From NCBI GenBank assembly GCA_977017645.1, contig OZ360241.1:58094001-58158000 (forward strand): a DNA stretch of 64,000 nt. The letters run 5' to 3'. Within the stretch, counting starts at the first letter, position 1; each line of letters begins with the position of its first letter. The stretch is from Torpedo marmorata (Eukaryota). Positions 53,901 through 64,000 of the stretch are shown in pieces. The notes beneath the pieces were generated by a model. The model searched no databases, was not told the DNA's origin, and worked only from the letters and a program-made list of their open reading frames with translations. The translations under genes and the position numbers were made by a program.

Positions 53901-56900
53901 CCACTGTGTAAACCCTGCCCCCACTGTGTAAACCCTGCCCCCACTGTGTAAACCCGACCCCACTGTGTAAACCCGACCCCACTGTATAAACCTGATCCCA
54001 CTGTGTAAACCTGATCCCACTGTGTAAACCTGACCCACTGTGTAAACCCTGACCCCACTGTGTAAACCCAACCCCACTGTGTAAACCCACTATGTAAACC
54101 CTGACCCCACTGTGTAAACCCTGACCCCACTGTGTAAACCCTGACCCCACTGTGTAAACCCGACCCCACTGTGTAAACCTGACCCCACTGTGTAAACCCG
54201 AACCTACTGTGTGAACCCGACCCCACTGTGTAAACCCCGACCCCACTGTGTAAACCCGAACCTACTGTGTGAACCCGACCCCACTATGTAAACCCGACCC
54301 CACTGTGTAAACCCTGCCCCCACTGTGTAAACCTGACCCACTGTGTAAACCTGATCCCACTGTGTAAACCTGACCCACTGTGAAAACCCGATCCCACTGT
54401 GTAAACCTGACCAACTGTGTAAACCTGATCCCACTGTGTAAACCTGACCCCACTGTGTAAACCCACTATGTAAACCCGACCCCACTGTGTAAACCCTGCC
54501 CCCACTGTGTAAACTCGACCCCACTGTGTAAACCCGACCCCACTGTGTAAACCTGATCCCACTGTGTAAACCCTGACCCCACTGTGTAAACCCGACCCCA
54601 CTGTGTAAACCCGAACCTACTGTGTAAACCCAACTTCACTGTGTAAACCCACTATGTAAACCCGACCCCACTGTGTAAACCCTGACCCCACTGTGTAAAC
54701 CTGACCCACTGTGTAAACCCTGACCCCACTGTGTAAACCCAACTTCACTGTGTAAACCCACTATGTAAACCCGACCCCACTGTGTAAACCCTGACCCCAC
54801 TGTGTAAACCTGACCCACTGTGTAAACCCTGACCCCACTGTGTAAACCCAACTTCACTGTGTAAACCCACTATGTAAACCCGACCCCACTGTGTAAACCC
54901 TGACCCCACTGTGTAAACCCTGACCCCACTGTGTAAACCCGACCCCACTGTGTAAACCTGACCCCACTGTGTAAACCCGAACCTACTGTGTGAACCCGAC
55001 CTCACTGTGTAAACCCACTGTGTAAAATCAGACTCCACTGTGTAAACCCACTGTGTAAACCCACTGTGTAAAACCCGACCACACTGTGTAAACCCTGACT
55101 CCACTGTGTAAACCCACTGTGTAAACTCTGACCCCACTGTGTAAACCCTGACCCCACTGTGTAAACCCACTATGTAAACCCGACCCCACTGTGTAAAACC
55201 TGCCCCCACTGTGTAAACCCTGCCTCCACTGTGTAAACTCGACCCCACTGTGTAAACCCGACCCCACTGTGTAAACCTGATCCCACTGTGTAAACCTGAC
55301 CCACTGTGTAAACCCTGACCCCACTGTGTAAACCCAACCCCACTGTGTAAACCCACTATGTAAACCCGACCCCACTGTGAAAACCCCGACCCCACTATGT
55401 AAACCCAACCCCACTGTGTAAACCCACTATGTAAACCCGACCCCACTGTGAAAACCCCGACCCCACTATGTAAACCCAACACCACTGTGGAAACCCCGAC
55501 CCCACTGTGTAAACCCATTGTGTAAACCCAACCCCACTGTGTAAACCCCGACCCCACTGTGTAAACCCTGACCCCACTGTGTAAACCCAACCCCACTGTG
55601 TAAACCCACTATGTAAACCTGACCCCACTGTGTAAACCCGACCCCACTATGTAAACCCAACCCCACTGTGTAAACCCGACCCCATTGTGTAAACCCGACC
55701 CCACTGTTTAAACCCTGACCCCACTGTGAAAACCCAACCCCACTGTGTAAACCCTGACCCCACTGTGAAAACCCGAGCCCACTGTGTAAACCCCGACCCC
55801 ACTGTGTAAACCCCGACCCCACTGTATAAACCCCGAACCACTGTGTAAACCCACTATGTAAACCCGACCCCACTGTGTAAACCCGACCCCACTGTGTAAA
55901 CCTGACCCCACTGTGTAAACCTCGACCCCACTGTGTAAACCTGACCCCACTGTGTAAACCTCGACCCCACTGTGTAAACCCGACCCCACTGTGTAAACTT
56001 CGACCCCACTGTGTAAACCACGACCCCACTGTGTAAACCTGATCCCACTGTGTAAACCTGATCCCACTGTGTAAACCCTGACCCCACTGTGTAAACCCGA
56101 CCCCACTGTGTAAACCCGACCCCACTATGTAAACCCAACACCACTGTGTAAACCCCAACCCCACTGTGTAAACCCACTGTGTAAACCCGACCCCACTGTG
56201 TAAACCTGATCCCACTGTGTAAACCTGATCCCACTGTGTAAACCTGACCCACTGTGTAAACCTGATCCCACTGTGTAAACCTGACCCACTGTGTAAACTC
56301 TGACCCCACTGTGTAAACCCACTATGTAAACCCAACCCCACTGTGTAAACCCTGACCCCACTGTGTAAACCCTGACCCCACTGTGTAAACCCACTATGTA
56401 AACCCGACCCCACTGTGTAAACCCTGCCCCCACTGTGTAAACCCTGCCCCCACTGTGTAAACTCGACCCCACTGTGTAAACCCGACCCCACTGTGTAAAC
56501 CTGATCCCACTGTGTAAACCTGACCCACTGTGTAAACCCTGACCCCACTGTGTAAACCCTGACCCCACTGTGTAAACCCAACCCCACTGTGTAAACCCAC
56601 TATGTAAACCCTGACCCCACTGTGTAAACCCTGACCCCACTGTGTAAACCCTGACCCCACTGTGTAAACCCGACCCCACTGTGTAAACCTGACCCCACTG
56701 TGTAAACCCGAACCTACTGTGTGAACCCGACCTCACTGTGTAAACCCACTGTGTAAAATCAGACTCCACTGTGTAAACCCACTGTGTAAACTCACTGTGT
56801 AAACCCGACCCCACTGTGTAAACCCGACCCCACTGTGTAAACCTGACCCCACTGTGTAAACCCGAACCTACTGTGTAAACCCGACCCTACTGTGTAAACC

Positions 56901-59900
56901 CACTGTGTAAAATCAGACTCCACTGTGTAAATCCACTGTGTAAACTCACTGTGTAAACCCGACCCCACTGTGTAAACCTAACCCCACTGTGTAAACCCGA
57001 CCCCACTGTTTAAACCCTGACCCCACTGTGTAAACCCGACCCCACTGTGTAAACCTGACCCCACTGTGTAAACCCGACCCCACTGTGTAAACCCGACCCC
57101 ACTGTGTAAACCCTGACCCCACTGTGTAAACCCGACCCCACTGTGTAAACCCGACCCCACTGTGTAAACCCGACCCCACTGTGTAAACCCGACCCCACTG
57201 TGTAAACCTGACCCCACTGTGTAAACCCGACCCCACTGTGTAAACCCGACCCCACTGTTTAAACCCTGACCCCACTGTGTAAACCCGACCCCACTGTGTA
57301 AACCCCGACCCCACTGTTTAAACCCTGACCCCACTGTGTAAACCCGACCCCACTGTTTAAACCCCGACCCCACTGTTTAAACCCTGACCCCACTGTGTAA
57401 ACCCGACCCCACTGTGTAAACCCCGACCCCACTGTTTAAACCCTGACCCCACTGTGTAAACCCGACCCCACTGTGTAAACCTGACCCCACTGTGTAAACC
57501 CGACCCCACTGTGTAAACCCGACCCCACTGTGTAAACCCCGACCCCACTGTTTAAACCCGACCCCACTGTGTAAACCCCGACCCCACTGTGTAAACCCGA
57601 CCCCACTGTGTAAACCCGACCCCACTGTGTAAACCTGACCCCACTGTGTAAACCCGACCCCACTGTGTAAACCCTGACCCCACTGTGTAAACCCGACCCC
57701 ACTGTGTAAACCTGACCCCACTGTGTAAACCCGACCCCACTGTGTAAACCCGACCCCACTGTTTAAACCCTGACCCCACTGTGTAAACCCGACCCCACTG
57801 TGTAAACCCGACCCCACTGTGTAAACCTCGACCCCACTGTGTAAACCCGACCCCACTGTGTAAACCCGAACCTACTGTGTGAACCCGACCCCACTGTGTA
57901 AACCCGACCCCACTGTGTAAACCTCGACCCCACTGTGTAAACCCGACCCCACTGTGTAAACCCGAACCTACTGTGTGAACCCGACCCCACTGTGTAAACC
58001 CCGACCCCACTGTGTAAACCCGACCCCACTGTGTAAACCTCGACCCCACTGTGTAAACCCGACCCCACTGTGTAAACCCTGACCCCACTGTGTAAACCTG
58101 ACCCCACTGTGTAAACCTCGACCCCACTGTGTAAACCCGAACCTACTGTGTGAACCCGACCCCACTGTGTAAACCCCGACCCCACTGTGTAAACCCGACC
58201 CCACTGTGTAAACCCTGACCCCACTGTGTAAACCCGACCCCACTGTGTAAACCCGACCCCACTGTGTAAACCTCGACCCCACTGTGTAAACCCCGACCCC
58301 ACTGTGTAAACCCGACCCCACTGTGTAAACCCTGACCCCACTGTGTAAACCCGACCCCACTGTGTAAACCTCGACCCCACTGTGTAAACCTCGACCCCAC
58401 TGTGTAAACCCTGACCCCACTATGTAAACCCGACCCCACTGTGTAAACCCGACCCCACTGTTTAAACCCACTGTGTAAACCCTGACCCCACTGTGTAAAC
58501 CCGACCCCACTGTGTAAACCCGACCCCACTGTTTAAACCCACTGTGTAAACCCGACCCCACTGTGTAAACCCTGACCCCACTGTGTAAACCCGACCCCAC
58601 TGTTTAAACCCACTGTGTAAACCCGACCCCACTGTTTAAACCCGACCCCACTGTTTAAACCCGACCCCACTGTGTAAACCCGACCCCTCTGTGTAAACTC
58701 ACTGTGTAAACCCGACCCCACTGTTTAAACCCGACCCCACTGTGTAAACCCGACCCCTCTGTGTAAACTCACTGTGTAAACCCGACCCCACTGTGTAAAC
58801 CCGACCCCACTGTGTAAACCTGACCCCACTGTGTAAACCCCGACCCCACTGTGTAAACCCCGACCCCACTGTGTAAACCCGACCCCACTGTTTAAACCCG
58901 ACCCCACTGTTTAAACCCGACCCCACTGTTTAAACCCGACCCCTCTGTGTAAACTCACTGTGTAAACCCCAACCCCACTGTGTAAACCCGACCCCTCTGT
59001 GTAAACTCACTGTGTAAACCCAACCCCACTGTGTAAACCCGACCCCTCTGTGTAAACTCACTGTTTAAACCCGACCCCACTGTTTAAACCCGACCCCACT
59101 GTGTAAACCCGACCCCTCTGTGTAAACTCACTGTTTAAACCCGACCCCACTGTTTAAACCCGACCCCACTGTTTAAACCCGACCCCACTGTTTAAACCCA
59201 CTGTGTAAAACCAGACCCCACTGTGTAAACTCACTGTGTAAAACCCGACCCCACTGTGTAAACCCTAACTCCACTGTGTAAACCCACTGTGTAAACCCTG
59301 ACCCAACTGCGTAAACCCCAACCCCACTGTGTAAACTCTGACCCCATTGCGTAAACCCCGATCCCACTGTTTAAATCCCGACCCCACTGTGTAAATCCCG
59401 ACCCCACTGTGTAAACCCCGACCCCACTGTGTAAACCTGACCCCACTGTGTAAACCCCGACCCCACTGTGTAAACCTGACCCCATTGTGTGAACCCGACC
59501 CCACTGTGTAAACCCACTGTGTCAACCCCGACCCCACTGTGTAAACCCCGACCCCACTGTGTAAACCCCGACCCCACTGTGTAAACCTGACCCCATTGCG
59601 TAAACCCCGATCCCACTGTTTAAATCCCGACCCCACTGTGTAAACCCCGACCCCACTGTGTAAACCCGACCCCACTGTGTAAACCCACTGTGTCAACCCC
59701 GACCCCACTGTGTAAACCCCGACCCCACTGTGTAAACCCCGACCCCACTGTGTAAACCCGGGCCACTGTGTAAACACACTATGTTAACCCGACCCAACTG
59801 TGTAAACCCGACCCCACTGTGTAAACCCACTGTGTAAAATCAGACTCCACTGTGTAAACCCCGACCCCACTGTGTAAACCCACTGTGTGAACCCCGACCC

Positions 59901-60170
59901 CACTGTGTAAACCCCGACCCCACTGTGTAAACCCGGTCCACTGTGTAAACCCTGACCCCACTGTGTAAACCTGGTCCACTGTGTCAACCCCGACCCCACT
60001 GTGTCAACCCCGACCCCACTGTGTAAACCCGGTCCACTGTGTAAACCCTGACCCCACTGTGTCAACCCCGACCCCACTGTGTAAACCCGACCCCACTGTG
60101 TCAACCCTGACCTCACTGTGTAAACCCCGACCCCACTGTGTAAACCCAACTACCTCCTCAGTGTAAATCC
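35960..60170. repeat. ~24-kb intronic minisatellite, unit CCCCACTGTGTAAACC(C)(C/T)GA (18-20 bp) with 13-bp short variant CCCACTGTGTAAA
   Basis: Continuous tandem array of roughly 1,300 units (estimated from length). Confidence 0.99.
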
Positions 60171-60584
60171 AACTCCTATGCAGAAATCGGACACCCCACT
60201 GCATTTTCCCCCTGCCGGATTGCAACATTAACTCCATCCATCCAGTAACTGACAATCTCCCTGGCATAACATTGGTGGGTACTAGTTTTTCCAGAACATA
60301 AATCTCCTTCTTGTGCGTAGGAAATCCACCGTCTTGGTTGTATAATCCCATTTTCACCAGTGCATAAATCCATTTCCCAGTGGAAAATCCATTTCTGTAT
60401 TATCTCCCTTCCCTGATATAGATTGGTTTACCCCCAGAACATATATCAGTTCTCTGGTGCATGAATCCACCTCCCTGGTGTCTCTTAATTTTTTTTCAAT
60501 CCTCTGTAGTCAGTAGTTCCTAAGCACCTTAATAATCTTCCTCAAAGTATTGTTGTGACTCTTCAGGTTTGATGCCCGATTAAG

Positions 60585-60860
60585 GCATAGAGAGGTGGAG
60601 CCAAACAGGTCCTTCGCTTCACCGATCCACACCGACGATTTACACCACGTTATTATCCCCACATTCCCACCAGCTTCGCCCACTCACCTCCATACCAGGA
60701 GCAATTTACATAGTCTTTGGGTAATGTGAAGAAACCAGAGCACCCAGAGGAAACCCATGTGGTCACAGGGAGAATGGGCAAACTCCACACAGGCAGCGTC
60801 GGAGGCCAGGTGTGTTCCCGGCCTGCTGGGGCTGGGAGGCAACAGCTCTAATAACCACGC
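60585..60860 (-). mobile_element. Degenerate V-SINE
   Basis: ccagagcacccagaggaaacccatgtggtcacagggagaatg..aaactccacaca is the reverse complement of the V-domain. Confidence 0.7.
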
Positions 60861-61910
60861 CAAGGTCCCCGTTAAACCTGCAAGGTTCTGACCAACGGAC
60901 AGAGAATGAGTAAGAGGGAAGGTGACTAATGAGGGAGGGGGTAACCAGCTGGTCATGGTTGAGAAAGACATTGTCTGGTGTTGTGGGAATGGCAGAGAAC
61001 AGATCACTTAATGGCTGCTTCCTTTTTCTTTTCATAAGTGTAGCTGAAGCCGAGATTTAGTAGGTCAGATAATTATTTACGTGAATCAGCTGTTGCAACA
61101 ATCCTCAGCCCCATGATTTAATTCATCTTCTGCCAGTCACCAATGTAGGACAAGACCCAAAAATAATCTGATCTTTTACCTTGGAGAGTGAGCAGAATGA
61201 GTATGCTGTCATCCACTGGAAGAATGGAATCCGATGCATTGGGCATTCTGAGATAGGTTAAGATTAAAGGTCCCTCAGTACTGACCCCACCAATCACACC
61301 CAGGGCAGGATAGCATGGATAAGCTCACTTGACGCTGCTCCATCACGCGTTTTTTTAGGGCAGGGACAGGACAGAACAGATTGGATACAGACTACGCTCC
61401 CTCTACCCTGCCACAACAAACTCTCATGGGGCAGGGTCCCTTCCAGGCCTGGCTCAAAGCTGGGATTAATATAGATGGGTGTCCGCTGGTCAGCATGGAT
61501 GTAGTGGGCTGAATGGCCTGTTTCTACATTGTATGAATCTATATTAGATACAGAGTGAAGCCCCTCCTACACTGATCCATCCAACACTCACAGGGCAGGG
61601 ATTGTGCGGGTCAAACTCTGTGGGGTATCTTATTTCTGATAATGGGATCATGTTAAACCGGAGCTTGGACTTTGCCTACTGGAATCGAGCTCGCACACCA
61701 GATAGTGGAATCAGCAGCTGTTGCAGCTGGGACTGTCTGTCCCCAAGGTACATAGAATTCATCGGGGACCTGCTTTGGCTCCTTACACTAATGTCCCTTC
61801 ATACAGAAAGAAAAATATTTATCCGCATATATCTCGGTTCAATGGGTCTAACATGGGGGCCACTTGGTGAATTTAGCACCCAATCTTCGTTCTCTCCCAT
61901 CACAGCTCCA

Positions 61911-61977
61911 GCACACACACACACACACTCTCACTCTCTCTCTCTCTCTCTCTCTCTCCCTCTCTCTCTCTCTCTCC
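61911..61977. repeat. (CA)n(CT)n compound microsatellite
   Basis: Direct read. Confidence 0.9.
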
Positions 61978-62315
61978 AGCTTCCCCTCCTTTCTCTGCCC
62001 ACAGTGACACAGAGCAGAGCTGACCCTTAATAACCCAGGACTGCTTGGGGGAGGGGTTGGTGTCACACAAATACTTCCAGCTATGACAGACTGACACATC
62101 TGTTTTGCTGCATCACAAACTCGGTTGCTCTCTCCTTCCTGCAGGCTCATAGTTTCTGTCAAAGCCTGTCTCTCGCTTACTGCGTCTCTCTGTCACTTCA
62201 TCTTTCATTTCCTTTCCTCCTTTCTGCTGTTCATTGCTCCTTTGTTCATTGTTTGGCCTCTTCTGCAGATCTCTATCCTTTTCAATCTGTGGCTTTTTCC
62301 GACTCCCTTTCTAAG

Positions 62316-62554
62316 GGTAAAGGTTCCATTATTGTCAGGTAATACTACATTTAGAATGTAACATACATAAAATTCTTTAATTTTTGTCTACCGTAAGGCA
62401 GACAGAGGGTCGTTACTTTGTCCAGCGCCCCTCACAGAAACCTACAGCACCTGGTGTTCCTTGGCGGTCTCCCCTCCAAGTACTGACCAGTCCTGTGCCT
62501 GCTTAGCTTCCGAGATCAGACAATCTCAGTCGTATTCAGGCTATTGGTGCCATA
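62316..62554 (-). mobile_element. 5S rRNA-derived SINE (SINE3-type)
   Basis: The minus strand of 62438-62554 is a diverged 5S rRNA (gtctgatctcggaagctaagcagg..agtacttggaggggagaccgcc..accaggtgctgtagg). It is followed by a ~120-bp LINE-like tail ending tgacaataatggaacctttacc. Confidence 0.8.
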
Positions 62555-64000
62555 ATTCTCTCACTCCATCCCCAGTCCTAAACTCCTCTCTCGACCTTTC
62601 TCTTTATTTTCCTAATTCCCTCAAACAGTTTATTTCTGTGAATGGACTACGTTCCATTGGACCAACTCCTTATCCCCAGGATCAGGAGCCCCATCATCTC
62701 TGGAATCATGAGCACTTTTGTTCCCTGGATTATGAACCCTTCATTCCTGGGAACTGGAGTCAAATCATTCCAGAGATTAGGAGCTCCTTTATTCTAAGAC
62801 TGCTATTTTGTGGAGTCTGTCGTCTGGATTCTCCTTCTCCAGGATCTGAGATCCCTTTGATCCTGAATTTTGGAATGCTGTTGTTACAGTAAATTTCCCT
62901 CCTTTTCTGCCCTCTGAACATTAGACTTACCAAATCTCTGCTCCCCTGTTGTAGGATTTGTCCATCGATCTTAATTCCCCACCACTGCAGCTGACTAGTG
63001 CGAATGTGAGCGGTGTTCCAAAACTGTACCACTCTGAGAGTTGTGATGGAGAAATGATGCTGGACAGTGCTCGAATCAAGTCTCTCTTCTCCCAGGGGTA
63101 AGTTCCCAGTCACCAAAATAACACCTCTCTCGGGTTGTTGTTGCCCCAATCCCGCTGACTGCATGTTGTCTCACATCCTGTTAGCTAATGCCACAGAGAA
63201 GAAACCGCCACAAGAGGAAGTCCTCGACACCGTGATGTCATAGATTACATCATTGATGGTTCTGAAGTTCTTGCTCACATTCCTTCTGGAAAACACTTCT
63301 CGGTGTGAGAGACTCATTGAGTAAATGCTTATCGTGGTACGGGGGCACAATGAAAAAGACCACCATCTATCACTCCAACCAGCAACAGGACTGGGTCAGT
63401 GCCCAAGGCTTAGGGATGGAGATACTGCATAATCAACTCACACCCCTGTGAGAGCCACTGTGTGTGTGGGACCCCATACCCCAGTGAGAGGGTGTGTGTG
63501 AGAGAGAAAGAGAATCACCCTGTATGGGATCCGTACCCCCAGTGGATGTCATTAGGTGTACGACCTGTAGCCCTGTGAGAGTTGGTGTCTGTGTGGCCCG
63601 TGACCTGGTGAAAGTCAATGTGTACAGGACGTGCTTCGATCTATTCTGCCTGTTGTGGTTCTTCAGTTGCATATTCACATGATGTTACTCTGGTGTTTGT
63701 TGATCTTGGACAGTTTCCTCCCGGCAGAGTTTGGTTTTAATTACTCCAGTCTCGAGCTTTGTCCCTTTATTCAGTGTTTTTTGCTCCTTCTCTCTTCCAC
63801 CTCCATTCCCATCTCCTCTTTCTCTATTTTTGCAATATCACGTATTTTCAGACTCTCTCAACTCTTTCACACTGTAAATTCTCTCTCCCACTTGCATTTT
63901 CAACCACTTTGTCTAAAACGATCACTCTCTCTACACTCTCACTCTCTGCTACCCTTTTTCTGGCCCATTCTCATCCTCTATACATCACTCTCTAACTTGT

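Noticed and set aside
35937-60166. Hundreds of long minus-strand ORFs (GSGLHSGVGFTQWGRVYTV...)
   Set aside because: They are translations of a stop-poor 19/20-bp satellite, the same peptide appears in all three frames, and unit lengths are mostly not multiples of 3.
35960-60170. CRISPR-like or telomeric array
   Set aside because: There are no unique spacers and no cas genes, the context is a vertebrate intron, and the unit is not TTAGGG.
62438-62554. Functional 5S rRNA gene
   Set aside because: It has many substitutions, lacks a T4 terminator, is a single copy here, and is fused to a retroposon tail.
60170-64000. homer3 exon 5 candidates (AG at ~60566 and ~62144)
   Set aside because: The translations show no Homer similarity, so the next exon probably lies beyond the window.

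Overview
Eukaryotic, repeat-rich vertebrate DNA. The repeat content (CR1, Penelope, Rex1-like, V-SINE) suggests a cartilaginous fish, which is an inference. The only host gene is the 5' half of a Homer-family scaffold gene on the + strand, best matching HOMER3. Its coding exons lie at 8834-8838, 28055-28211, 28765-28896 and 35618-35725 and encode the whole EVH1 domain; no later exon was recognised. The introns and upstream region hold nested transposons, a 743-bp N gap, long polypyrimidine tracts, a ~1.8-kb modular minisatellite in intron 1 and a ~24-kb minisatellite in intron 4. The most notable observations are: (1) the 24-kb array carries a perfect V(D)J RSS heptamer in almost every unit and contains a ~7-kb higher-order duplication; (2) an in-frame upstream ATG could add a 61-aa basic N-terminal extension to Homer3; (3) a 94-bp perfect spacer-less palindrome; (4) an inverted CR1 composite; (5) hammerhead-like motifs in Penelope inverted repeats; (6) three elements with apparently different heads sharing one 3' tail. 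The hundreds of ORFs in the satellites are artefacts. I found no convincing novel protein-coding system.
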